From contig OZ251231.1 in NCBI GenBank assembly GCA_965240325.2, positions 2,294,001 through 2,358,000 on the forward strand: a DNA stretch of 64,000 nt, written 5' to 3'. This document shows, piece after piece, positions 11,602 to 23,225 of the stretch (positions within the stretch are counted from its first letter, which is position 1; each line of letters opens with the position of its first letter). The notes beneath the pieces were generated by a model that searched no databases, was not told the origin of the DNA, and was given only the letters and a program-made list of their open reading frames with translations. Source of the DNA: Rebecca billardiae RCC1528 (Eukaryota > Protista > Haptophyta). The position numbers were made by a program, and so were the translations under genes.

Positions 11602-13449
11602 GGTAACAAATTGGATCCCTGTCATCAGATCCCTGATTAGGAAGCGCGGAAGTCCGGCGGACGTCCGCCATCGTGCCGCGTGCGCCGCCACTGGGCGACA
11701 CGCCGTCTTTGGGCGCACGCGGCGGCCCGCATGAACGCGCGCGGAGCTGGCGGAGGGGTGCTCCGCACCCAGTAGCATCGTGCGCCTTCGCGCAGCCGCT
11801 CACTCGCCCCCTCCCGCGCCTTCACCTCGCCAATGCGCTCGGTCGCACGCACGGGCCGGAAAGCGGCGATCGAGAACGGCGCGGCAGCCCATGCCCTACC
11901 AGAGGAGGCGAAAGGTTGGCGATCCACGTAGCCACCATACCCGGCGTACATCATACGTGTACGCGCGCATCGTTAATCAAGTCAGTAAAGTGCCATCAAC
12001 ACGTCCTCGTGCATGCTTGCCGTTCTTGTTGGCCGCACGCTGCCCTGCGTGTCGTCTTGCTGAGGGATGCGATGACGTCGCTCCCGACGACGCCAAAGCT
12101 GCGCGTGCCATCGCATGCGATGTTCTCGAAGCCATGGCACGCGCCTCGAGCCAAACTAGCCACTGCCATGATCATGCGCGCGGCTGCTGAGGATCACCAA
12201 TGGGACCGGCCTGAGTGCTGCCGGATGCGTCCTCGGTCCTCAGGTCCCGGGAGGCAGCTCGCACCACCAGGCGAGGTCGCGCGAGGGGCGCAATCTAGAA
12301 AGACATCACGGCGGGCGTATTGCGCACGTTCACACGGTTGGCACACGACCTGTCCGCCCAGCACAGCCTGCCACGCGTGCGCGCTCGCTGAGTTGACCGC
12401 CTTGTACTTTTGCGCCTACTCGGTTCGCGCGACGCACCCGTGGCTGGCGGCATTGTTGCTACCACACATTGTGCCAAAGTCGCCTCCGTCGTCGCTCACA
12501 GCTGTCTACGACATCGCAAAGGATCCCCTCCACGACGACGAAGCGATGGCACGCACCTGTTCCGTAGGCTGCGACGCCCGTGCCCGCGCGTGCAACTCCT
12601 CGAGCGCTCGGGCTTGCCAACAGATGTGCCCTACGCCAGTCAACAGCAGGCTGTGCGAGCGCCGAAGGTGGGATCCGGCCACGGGATCGTGCCGGAGCGA
12701 GTGCGCCACGTGTCTACTGCAGCCTCGATGCACGCTCTTGAGGGAGTTCGGCCTTTTGCCTTATGGCTATGTGCTCTCGCACACGGCACATCCCGCCGCT
12801 CCGGCCGCAGCCATCTGCGCTGTACGACATGATCGTGTGACCGAGCAGTGCGCGCGAGGGTGGGGAAGATGGGTGGCGCAGTACTGGGCAGGCCATGGAC
12901 AATGCACGGGGCGGGTTCGCGACCAACGCCAGGTGCTCCCGGGCCGACATGCCGTGCTTGCAGAATGAACAGCCGTGTGTCGGGCAGTGAAACGGGCTGT
13001 TCGTGCACCCACAGATTGCTCCCGAAAAAAGACTGACCTTGGGACACTTTTTGGCGCTCGCAAGTTGAAACATATGGCACGCCACGATCCGCGAAAAAGT
13101 GTCCCAAGGTCACGTCTCAAACTCGCACCGCGCGCGCGTGAACATGGAGCAGACGGCACGAAGTGGTGACATGATGCAAACTGGGCAATTGTGCGCGAGC
13201 GAAGGCAGGGGGCGGCAAGGAGAGAGGCGGTGCGTCGCGTACCATCGACTCTGACTGCGCCATCATGGACGCCGCGCGCCGAAAGCTCCACGCAGCGGCG
13301 TGCACCCCACATCCGCGCGGCGGGGGCGATCGCGCAGTCGCCCGGCATGGGGCTCTTTTCGGCTCGCGACGGCGACGCTTCAATACTAACCGCCGATCCC
13401 GGCCGCCCGGACTTCCGCGCAGGATCTGACGCTGAAAAGATTTTTTACC
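11602..13449 (-). mobile_element. Decayed TIR DNA transposon (~1.85 kb) with Cys-rich coding remnants, in a TA context
   Basis: Imperfect TIRs: GGTAACAAAT...TCAGATCC...GCGCGGAAGTCCGG (11602-11657) vs CCGGACTTCCGCGC-AGGATCTGA...ATTTTTTACC (13407-13449); TA on both sides; interrupted minus-strand Cys/His-rich frames. Confidence 0.6.
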
Positions 13450-13589
13450 TATATATATATATATATATATACACTAAGTAAGACGTTAGTGAATTGCTAG
13501 TAGAGTATCGTTTAGTAGTAACTCGGAACCAGTGGTAACACTCATCAGTCGGCGGCGGACGATGGACCGCGAACTCCTCATCACGGTCA

Positions 13590-15640
13590 TCACCCACCAG
13601 CGCGCAGAGCACGACCAGCACGCTGGTCGTGCTGCTCCGCAGGCTCTCCCGAGTCCTCGCCGGCGCTCCCCACGGCACAGTCCGCCTTCGGAGGAGCTTC
13701 CAGTTCCTCCGCGGCCGACCGCCTCAGTCCCAGGGCCGCGTGCTGCTCGGCAGCGGCCGCAGGCTGCGACGGCGGCACGCCCCCGTCCGCTGGACGCGGC
13801 GGCGGCGGCGGCGTGCTGCGGGCTGGCACGTCCAGGGGTGGCGGGCGCGGCGGCGCCGCGCCTGGCGCGGCGGCCGGCGCGGCGGCCGGCGCCTCCGGCA
13901 CGCCGAGCGCGCGCAGCGCCGCGCGCCCGCTGCCGAGCACGCGCTCCGCGTCAGGGTGTCGCTCAATGGCCTTGCGCACGGTGGCGGGCGCGCGCGCGGC
14001 AAAGGCGGCGGCGCGCAGGCCGTCGCTCGCGGCGCAGAGCGCGGCGATGGCGCTGCACGCGGCCACCTGCACGCCCACGTGCGTCGGGCACGCGCACGCC
14101 GCGTCGACGACGAGCGCGAGCGCGTCAGGCGGCACGCTCGCCGCGTCGAGCGCGCCGTGCCCGCTCGCCGCGCGCGCGCCGAGGTTCCAGAGCGCGGCGA
14201 GCGCGGCCTCCTGCACGTCCACGTCGCCGGGGTGCGCGCGCATCGCGCCGAGCGCGGCCGCGGCGGCGCCCGCCTCGCTCAGCGCGCGCACGTGCTCGCC
14301 GGGCTCGGCGGCGAGATGCGCGAGCAGCGCGCACGCCTCGACCTGCGCGCGCGCGTCTGCGCGGTGCTCGGCCAGCGCGCGCACGAGCGCGCGCACGAGC
14401 GCGCCGCCCGCGTCGGCTCGCTCGCGCGCGGCCGCGTCGGGCGTGAGGCTGACGAGCGCGCGGCACGCGCTCGACTGCACGCCTGCGCTGTGCGCGTGCG
14501 CCGCCATCGCGTGCAGCGCCGCGCCGAGCGCGCCCGCCTCGAGCGCCGCGGCCACGTTGGCTTCCGCCTCCGCGCCGCGCCCGACGCACGCGCCGAGCGC
14601 CGCGAGCGCGTGCTCCACCTCGGCCGAGCGGCCGTGGCGCGCGCGGAGCGCTGCGACCAGGGCGGGCAGGGCGCCCGCGCGCACGGCCGCGCGCCTGAGC
14701 TCCTCGCCCGACACCGCGATCAGCGCGAGCGCGAGCGCCGCCTTGTCCTGCACGCCCACGTGCGCGGCGTGCTCGCCCATCGCGCCCACGAGGGTGCCGA
14801 CGGCGTCATGCTCGAGCAGCGCGCGCTCCACCTCCGCGCTGCCGTGCGGGTGGGCGAGGGCGGCGAGCGCGCGGCACGCGCGCTCCTGCACGCCCGCGTG
14901 CGCGCGGTGCGCCAGCATTGCGTGCACGACCGCAGTGACCAGCCCGCCCCCCTGGCTCCGCCCGCCGCCGCTCCCGCCGCCAAACGAGCCACCCGCGCCG
15001 CTGCCGCCCGCGCCGCTGCCGCCGCCGCTCCCGGCCTCCGCGCCCTCCGCGGGCGCCGCGTCCCCGGCGAGCAGCCGGTGCTTGAGCTCGTCGCCGTTGT
15101 GCCCGACGGTGCAGGCGAGCGCGTGGCACGCGCGCTCCTGCACCGACGCGTCGTCCGGGTGCGCGCGCATCGCGGCGAGCACGACGCCGGGCACGCCGGC
15201 CTCCGCGGCGAGCCGCCCGCCCTCGGGCGCGAGCGCGACGTTGCCGAGCGCGCCGCACGCCGCGCCGAGCAGCGCCGAGTCGTCCGGCTGCGCGAGCATC
15301 GCCGCACAGAGCGCGCCCATCGCGCCCTCGTCGCACGCCTGCTGCCGCGCGGCCGCGTCGGCGGAGAGGTGCCACAGCGCGGTGCACGCCGCGCGGTGCA
15401 GCTCGGCGCGCGCGTGCGCGTGCGCGCGCGCGCCGTCCGCGCCCGCCGCGCTCGACGCCTGCACGACCAGCCGCACCGCGCCCGTGCCCACGGCCGCGCG
15501 CAGGCACTTGTCATCGCGAGGGTCGCAGAGCTCTGCGAGCAGGATGCACACGGCGTGCTGCACGCGCAGCTCGCGCCGGTGCAGCCGCGCCGCGCGGAGC
15601 ACCGCCGGCAGCGCGCCCGTCGCCTGCGCGCGCATTAGCG

Positions 15641-15673
<33 letters not shown>

Positions 15674-16412
15674 CGCGGCCGAGCGCGGCCAGCTGCTCCG
15701 CCAGGGCGGCGATGGCAGCATGGCTGCTGCCGCCGTGCGCGCCGTGCGCGCGCAGCGCGTCGACGAGCGCGGGGATCGAGCCCGCGTCGAAGGCGGCGCG
15801 TGCGTGCGCGGCACCCTGGCCGATCAGCGCGCTCAGCGCGAGGCACGCCTGCGCGCACACCGCCGAAGCCGCCGCCGCCGGCTGCTGCGGCGAGCGCAAC
15901 GCGCCCAGCACGGCGAGCAGCGCGCGAGAGCCGAGCGCGGCGCTGGGGGCCGGCTCGACGCTCCCAAACGTGGCGAGCGCGGTGAGCGCGCTCAGACCAC
16001 TGAGCTGCACGCGCGCGTCCGCGTGCGCGTGCAGAGCCTCCACGATGGCGCTCACGCCACCGGCGCGCGCGACAGACGTGGCGGCGCCGGCGCTGCGCGA
16101 CGCGAGCGTGCCCAGCGCAGCGCAGCCCGCCTCCTGCACGTCGCGCGCGGTGGGGTGCGCACGCATCGCCGAGCACACGGCCGCGGCACCGCCCGAGCTC
16201 ACCGCCGCGAGAGCGTGCTCGCGCGCAGCCTTGCCCTCGCCGCGGCAGTGTGACGCGAGCGCGCGGCTTGCCGCGGCCGCGTGCTCGGCCGTGCCGGTCT
16301 GAGCGACCTCGAGCTGGGCGACGGCCTCGGAGATGGCGCGCAGTGCGCGCGCGTCAAGCACGGCCTGCACTCGGCGCGTGCCCTCATCCAGTGCCGCCGA
16401 CTTGCCGGTCAT
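13590..16412 (-). CDS. Armadillo-repeat protein
   Basis: Many ~42-aa ARM repeats of the form (A)MRAHP..A.VQE.AC.AL..L; start chosen at the first ATG (MTGKSA). Confidence 0.85.
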
Positions 16413-16924
16413 GAGTGCCGGTCCGCTGCTTCCTCTTGGAGTGCTGCGTGGACGGGAGTTGCCACAAATGGCGCCGCTGCAAGACAACTGCTGAAACCGC
16501 AGTTGTTCCACTCCGGCGCCTGCCGATCCGTTACGAAGCTTGCCCTTTCGTTTGGCCAATCGCTGCGCGCCTATCGCGCCGCCGGAGTTGAGGTTCGGTG
16601 CGCACGCGCGCTCAGATTATTGTAGCAAAAGTCGCGAGATTTTCGGGGATATCCGTCGACGCCGATAACAACACTATTGTATCCACACTCCATAGCTACG
16701 TACTGCTATTCTTAGCACATCATGCCGCGGTTCGAACGATAGATACTAGATAGTCGATACCCGATGACGATGGCTGCGCTCCCGCGTGACCGTGTCCGAC
16801 GCTTGTGCAGTATCCGCGTGACCCGAGAGTGATGACGGACTCGTTGATCGACGACGACGGCGTGGCAGGTAGCAGCCTCTGGACCTGCTTGCGGCTCGAG
16901 CCACTGCGAAGCGCTCCGGGCGGC

Positions 16925-19283
16925 TCAAGCGCACGGGACGCCGCTGTCCTCGAGGATGAAGCGGCTCTCCCGTGAGAGCAGCTGCAGCTGAAGCCCGTCT
17001 GCACCGGCCACGCCGGCCGCGCCATCTGCCGGCCTGAGGCACGCAAAGGCGGGCACAGGGGTGGCGCGAGCCGCGCGCCGGCAGGTGGGAGTGCGCGTGT
17101 GAGCTCGCGGCGCGCGCTCGGGTGCCGGCGCGGCGCGCGACGCACCCTGCCACGATGTCAATATTGCGGTTGTTTGCGAGCTGGAGCGCGGCGAGGAAGA
17201 TGCGGCACACCTCGAACTTCTCCTGCCCCGCGACCACGCTCGCGAACGGCGTGGACTCCTCGTGCTGCGGGGCCGTCGGGCCGCCCTCCTCCTCCTCGGC
17301 GCCGGGCAGCCGCTCGAGCAGCTCGTCCGCGTACTCGCGGATGTCGAACGGCCGGCGGCTGCCCTGCGCCTCGAGCAGCGGCTGCAGCTTGTGCTCCCAC
17401 GCCGCCACGCGCGCGTGCAGCGCGCCGTCCGCGCTCTCGAGCGCCTCCGCGTCGATGTGCGCGCGGCAGCGCTGCTCGTACGCGGTGAGCGCGCCGCGCA
17501 CGCCCGGCGTGATGGACCAGCGGCCCGCCTGCACGGACCACGGGCGCGCGCGCGGGCCGGGCGCGGCACTGCACGTGAGGGCCGCGCGCGCGCGAGGCGC
17601 CGCGCCGCGCACGCGCCGCGCACGCGCCGCGCACACGCCCGCGAGGCGCGCGCGCACAGCGCTGCTCGCACGGCCGCCCGTGAAGTCGGCCATGACGGGC
17701 GCGTCCGCGCCGCCGCCGAACACTTCGTCGTCCGCGTCGTCGTCGTCGAAGCCGCCGCCCAGATCGAAGTGCTCGTCCCCGCCGTCGTCGGGCTCGGCGC
17801 GCTCATCGGGCTGCGCGCCGAACGTGGCGTCCAGATCCGCATCCACGTCCGCGTCCGCCTCCGCCTGCGCGGCGGGCACGACATGGGTCGTCTGCGCGAG
17901 ACGCTCGCGCGCCGCGCGCCGGATGGCGGCGCGCCGCTTGGCCTCTGCGCCGAGCGCGTCCGCGTACTCGAGCGCCATGTCGACGGAGCCCTTGATCGAG
18001 AGCTCCGCGTGGAGCAGGCCGAAGGCGTCGAGCAGCTGCTCCGCGACCTCCTGCGTGCGCGACGCCTCGCCCTCCTCCGCCTTGGCTCCATCGGCCGCTG
18101 CCGCCGCGTCCGCCGCCGCCGCCGCCGCGCCGGTGGCGTCGTGCTTGCCCGCGGCGGGCGCCGCGTTTGCGCGCGCCGCACTGATGGGCACGCCATTCAT
18201 GTCGCGCTTCTCGCCGGCGCCGACGCCGTCCAGCGCGCCGACGGACTTGGGCGGCACGCGCCACGTGCGCCCCTTGCGGAAGGGCTTGAGCTCGGCCGCG
18301 CGCGACGTGTCGTGAGGGTCGAGCGGCGCCCACGGGCCCTCGGCGCGCGGCGCGACGGGCGCGGCCGCGCGCCCACCGGCGGCGCCGTATGGCACGAGCG
18401 CGCCGCCGTCGGCGGCGGGATCGTCGACGTCGAGCGGCTGCCCGAAGGCGTCGTCGTCGCCACCGTCGTCGTCGAACCCGCCGCCGAGCCCGCCGTCAGC
18501 CGAGTCCGGCCCCGCCTCGTTCAGCTGGAAGTCGAGCTGCAGCACGCGGCCGGGCGACGGGACCGAGCGCGGCGGAACGGCGCCGGGCGCGCCCGTCGAG
18601 AGCGGCGCGCCGGCGACGGAGCTGCCCATAGTGGCGAGCATGGTGTTGAGCATGCCCGCCGACGCCGGGTCGGACACCGCCCACTCGTCGAGCATGAGCA
18701 CGCCGGACGCGTGCATGGCGGCGCTCTGCCCGTGCAGCCCGGATCCGACCGAGCCGACCTCGGCGCCGACCGACATGAGCGTGAGCGGCGTGCGCGCGCT
18801 CACGTGCGCGCCGGTGCCGGGCGCGGCGTCAGCGTCGTCCTCGTCCAGGTAGATATTCGTCGCCTCCTCGAGCGTGTCGTCGAGCGCGAGGAACTCGTCC
18901 TCCATCTGCGCGAGCACCGGCGCGTCCTCGTCGGCGCCCGTCTCGTCCACCGACGGCTTCTTCGGCGCGCGCTGCTTGTCGGAGACCTGGTTGAGCGTCT
19001 GGTAGACGAGCGAGTAGAGGTACTCGACCTTCTTCGAGTACACGCACGCCGAGCCCTGGATCAGCAGCGCCGCCTCCGCGAAGTTGAGCGCAGAGCGGCC
19101 GCCGTCGAGCGAGATGGCAAGCGAGTCGAGCTCGACAAGGTAGTCCTCGAGCTCGTGGGCCAGGTCGATGCTCCAGCTCTCGGCGAGGTCGCGGATCGGG
19201 CGCATCAGGTGCGCGAAGCGCGACTCGCGCTCTGGATCGGGCACGGCAAGAGCCGTGCTCGTCGGCGCCATCGCGGAGGGCAT
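16925..19283 (-). CDS. NCAPH2: Condensin-II kleisin subunit CAP-H2 (2 introns near ~17531-17658 and ~17034-17145)
   Basis: RFAHLMRPIRDLAESWSIDLAHELEDYL, LNFAEAALLIQGSACVYSKKVEYLYSLVY, PWAPLDPH, C-terminal FDIREY and CRIFLAALQLANNRNI. Confidence 0.92.
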
Positions 19284-19506
19284 CTCGCCGTCCCGCGTGG
19301 CGGTGCCGGTGGACTTGCCTCCTTTTGAATGTGTCCGGGTAGCTTGACGAGTCCTGGTTTTGCAAACCGGACTCGCTGGGTAGACGCTGGCGACTGGCGA
19401 GCGATCCAGCCGCCAGGAGAGCGTCTCGACGCCATCCAGCTGCACACCTCGACCTCGACGCCTCGTGATGCCGTCCAGCGCTTCATCATCACCGCCCACC
19501 GATGCA

Positions 19507-21876
19507 ATGGCTTCTCGGGCAGGCGCCAGAAGGTTCCAGCTCGGTCCGGAGGCACTCGCCAAGCTCGTCAGCGCGGTGCGCTCGCAAAGCCCGACCAAGG
19601 CCACGCTCAACGCGGCAATCGTCCCGTTTCGAAGCGAGCGCGAGGTTGACGCACAGGCGATCGTTCGCTCGGAAGCTCTGTCAGAGCTCTTGCAGCTCTT
19701 GGCCTCAGACTGTCCCGTGGTTGAGCAGGTTGCAGCGGCATGCGCTGTGAAACTACTGGGCGCAAGCAAGAGCATCCGCGCCACGCTCTCAGCCGCCGGC
19801 ACCATCCCGCTGCTCGTGACGCTGCTGCAGTCGGACGAGACGTTTGTGCAGTGGTCGGCCGCGCGAGCTCTGGCTTACCTCGTCGTGGACGACGTGGCGT
19901 GCGCACAGGCCGTAGAGGCTGACGTCATCCCGCCGCTCGTGTCGTTGCTGCGCTCGCACAAGACAGACGTGCAAACGGCAGCGGCCGCGATGCTGTACCA
20001 GCTGGCTCACGCAGACTCGCTCGAGACGAGGGAAAGGATTGCCGAGGCGGGCGCCATCCCGCTGCTCGTGGCACTGCTCGAGTCGAGTCGGGCCGGTGAG
20101 CACGAGGCGGTTGCGATGCTGGCTGAGGCGGGTGCCATGTCGCCGCTCGTGTCGGCGCTGCTGCCGCGCAAGCCGCGCAGCAGGCAAGAGATGGCAGCAC
20201 TGGTGCTGGCTGAGCTGGCCCTGAGCCATGCGTCGCGAAGCGCAGAGGTGGTCGACGCGGGCGGCGTCGCGCCACTCGTGTCCATGTTGCAGGCGGGCGA
20301 GACGCGCGAACAATTGGCAGCAGCTAGGGCGCTCTGTGGAATGGCCCAGGATGGCTGTGCCCTCAAAGATGAGCTGGCGGAGGGGGGCGCCATCCCGCCT
20401 CTCGTGTCTCTGCTGGGCTCGCACGATTCGGTGCGCTTGCAACGGCAGGCAGCATGGGCTCTGGATGCGCTGGCTGCGGACAACGATCTACGCGCACCGA
20501 TCATCGAGGCTGGCGCCCTCCCGCCCCTCGTGGCAATGCTGCGATCTGCCAACGAGGACGCGCAACTGGCGGCGGCGAGCATTCTGCGTCGTCTGGCCGA
20601 CCGAGACCGAGAAGCAGACGACAACGAGTCCAGTCCGCCCCTGGAAGCAGGCTGCAATGCGCATTTTGTCGAGGTGGGCGCCATCCCGCCCCTCGTGGCA
20701 ATGCTGCAGTCGGCGGACGAGCGAGGGCAGGCCGCGGCAGCTCGTGCGATCTCCGAGCTTGCCTGGTGGGACGCAGAATGCCACGCGCCACTCATGCACG
20801 CCGGTGTCTGTGAGGCGCTCGTGCCGCTGCTGCGCATGCACGATGCCCCGAGCACGTCGGCGTCCCCGCCGCCAGAAATACCACCGAGAGTGGTGTGGGC
20901 TGCGGCGGCAGTGTGCTCTCTCCTCGAGCCCCGTGGCGAGGACCCAGTCGCGCCGGAGCAGTGTGCAGAGATTGCTCGCACGCCCGGGATGGTGGCCGCG
21001 CTGCAGCATCTCGCGCACAGGGCCCGCGAGGCTGATCGCGATGACGGCACGAGCAGTACGAGTGATGGCTCTTGCTGTGCTGGAAACGCGATGGGTTACG
21101 CGACGACCGCCCTCGCGCAGCTGTTTGAAGGCAGTGAGGACGTTCGGCGCGCTGCGCTACTCAGTGCGGGCAAGGCGTACGCGCAGGTCGTCGAGCGCGA
21201 GGCCGCGCTGCGCTGCTCGCACGAACGGCTGCGCGCGCTTGGTGATGCAGTGGGTGCGCCCTCGCGGCAGCACGACGTGGTGCTGCGGTGCGCGGACGGC
21301 ACCGAGGTGGGCGCGAGCCGGCTGCTGCTTGAGCAGCACTCGCGGTACTACGAGCGGCAGCTGGGCGGCGGGCTGGCGGAGGGCAGCCAGCGTGAGGTCC
21401 AGGCCGACCCGGACTTCTCCTCGGCGGCACACGAGGCGCTGCTGCGCCAGCTGCACTCGGCGGGCGTGGCGCCGCTGCCGACCGAGCCGTCGGTAGTGCT
21501 CGAGCTGCTGCGGCTGGCGAATAAGCTGCAGCCGCCGCCCGCCGCTGGCTCCAAGGAGCGGCCGGACGCGTGCGCCGAGGGCGACGTGCTGAAGGTCGTG
21601 GTGCGGCGCTGCGAGGACGCTCTGCTCGCCGAGCTAGACGTGGACAACTGCCTGGACCTGCTGCGGCACGCCAAGGGGATGAGCGGGTGTGAGCGGCTGG
21701 CTTCGGGTGTGCGCGAGTTGGTGAGGCGGCACATCAAGCAGATCATCCAGCAGCAGCAGTGGGCTGCCTTTAGGCGCGACGACCCGATCGAGGCGTGCGC
21801 GCTGCTCGAGGCAGTTGCTGTCGACATGGCTGAAGTGATCGAGCGCTCGTCGGCCAAGCGCCAGCGCATATTATGA
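19507..21876 (+). CDS. ARM-repeat + BTB/POZ(-BACK) protein (ARIA/ABAP1-like architecture)
   Basis: Repeated AGAIPPLV.LL ARM motifs; C-terminal HDVVLRCADGTEVGASRLLLEQHSRYY BTB start and LDVDNCLDLL BACK-like segment. Confidence 0.85.
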   Translation: MASRAGARRFQLGPEALAKLVSAVRSQSPTKATLNAAIVPFRSEREVDAQAIVRSEALSELLQLLASDCPVVEQVAAACAVKLLGASKSIRATLSAAGTIPLLVTLLQSDETFVQWSAARALAYLVVDDVACAQAVEADVIPPLVSLLRSHKTDVQTAAAAMLYQLAHADSLETRERIAEAGAIPLLVALLESSRAGEHEAVAMLAEAGAMSPLVSALLPRKPRSRQEMAALVLAELALSHASRSAEVVDAGGVAPLVSMLQAGETREQLAAARALCGMAQDGCALKDELAEGGAIPPLVSLLGSHDSVRLQRQAAWALDALAADNDLRAPIIEAGALPPLVAMLRSANEDAQLAAASILRRLADRDREADDNESSPPLEAGCNAHFVEVGAIPPLVAMLQSADERGQAAAARAISELAWWDAECHAPLMHAGVCEALVPLLRMHDAPSTSASPPPEIPPRVVWAAAAVCSLLEPRGEDPVAPEQCAEIARTPGMVAALQHLAHRAREADRDDGTSSTSDGSCCAGNAMGYATTALAQLFEGSEDVRRAALLSAGKAYAQVVEREAALRCSHERLRALGDAVGAPSRQHDVVLRCADGTEVGASRLLLEQHSRYYERQLGGGLAEGSQREVQADPDFSSAAHEALLRQLHSAGVAPLPTEPSVVLELLRLANKLQPPPAAGSKERPDACAEGDVLKVVVRRCEDALLAELDVDNCLDLLRHAKGMSGCERLASGVRELVRRHIKQIIQQQQWAAFRRDDPIEACALLEAVAVDMAEVIERSSAKRQRIL

Positions 21877-22067
21877 CAGTGATGATGGTGCTGGGCGGAA
21901 CATCGTGGGCGCCCGACTGCGCCGGACACCGCGCTCGGACCGGGAGATCGAAGACGTTGATCGCTGTCAGTGACGGACGACGGTCAAGAACTGCCGAGTC
22001 ATGCACTAGCTTACTTGCGAAGCTGACGATAGTCATCTTAGCTAGCCTTAGGAGTATGATATATATC

Positions 22068-22842
22068 TGTCGGAGGAGTTGAAGAGCCCGAAACGACTGA
22101 GCTAAATCGGTTCGCGCGAACCGATTTAGCTCAGTCGTTTCGGGCTCTTCATTCCCTCAGACATAACCGTAAGTCTCCTGTGGGACACCCCGCGAGGGGC
22201 TGTAGTCCCGTCCAGTGTTCTGACGGATTTGTTGTCGAGGTTTTTCTCTCCCCGCCTGGTCTTTCCCAGGTGTTCCACCCTGCGTGCTCGTCTGCTCTGT
22301 GGCTTCGTAGAGACTCCGTCTTTTGTGGGCGGTGAGCCCTTCTTTAAGCGCTTTCGACCTCGCGAGAGCCTCGCGGCTCCGGGGGGGAATGAAAACGCGA
22401 GGCGGAGTCGGCAAAACGAACGAAAAAGAGGGGAGCACGAAGAAGATGACCGACAAAGAAAGACGACAGAAAAACGAGCACGGTACGCGACGCGCAACCT
22501 CCGGGTACAGTCGCCCGGGTGAACAACAAAGACACAAAAAGAGCCTCACAAAGCCACAGCAGCAAAAGAAGGGCTCACCGCCCACAAAAGACGGAGTCTC
22601 TACGAAGCCACAGAGCAGACGAGCACGCAGGGTGGAACACCTGGGAGAGACCAGGCGGGGAGAGAAAAACCTCGACAACAAATCCGTCAGAACACTGGAC
22701 AGGACTACAGCCCCTCGCGGGGTGTCCAACAGGAGACTTACGGTTATGTCGGAGGAGTTGAAGAGCCCGAAACGACTGAGCTAAATCGGTTCGCGCGAAC
22801 CGATTTAGCTCAGTCGTTTCGGGCTCTTCAACTCCTCCGACA
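22068..22842. mobile_element. 775-bp TG..CA element with 278-bp TIRs, each ending in a 96-bp palindrome; 5-bp TSD
   Basis: TIRs 22068-22345 and 22565-22842; palindromes 22068-22163 and 22747-22842 centred on TTCGC|GCGAA; TSD ATATC at 22063-22067 and 22843-22847. Confidence 0.9.
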
Positions 22843-23225
22843 ATATCCCCGGAGCCCAGGCGGCCCACGACAAGGTCAAGTTAATTATACTGTATACTGC
22901 GACTGAGTCTGACAACCATCGCTCCGACTGCCAATGTGAGTTCTCATCATCGGCGTCACCATACACCATTCTCTCCCCAGCTGCCCGGCAGGAACTGACG
23001 AGGATCATCGGTACGACAAGGCCGCCGGTGACGTATCCGATGAATGACTGCTGCTCTGTCGACTGTCTAGTGAGTCTCCCGGTCGTACGTACCAGTCTGC
23101 TGAGGATGTGACTCGAGTGCCACGGGTCCACGACTTCGGTCCGAGCACCGATATGAAGCAGGCTGCAGCGCATTAAATACTCCGCGTGTCCAGCGGCAGG
23201 CAGGCGCTCCCCCCGTCTCGGCAGA

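Noticed and set aside
11673-12968. 431-aa plus-strand ORF
   Set aside because: No host-like coding pattern or domain; lies inside a decayed TIR element whose motif remnants are on the minus strand
22068-22842. Interpretation as a TRIM with 96-bp LTRs
   Set aside because: The ends are direct repeats only because they are palindromes; inverted symmetry extends 278 bp and no PBS or PPT is visible
22126-22868. ORFs in the palindromic element
   Set aside because: Mirror-image peptides produced by the inverted repeats; no recognisable domain
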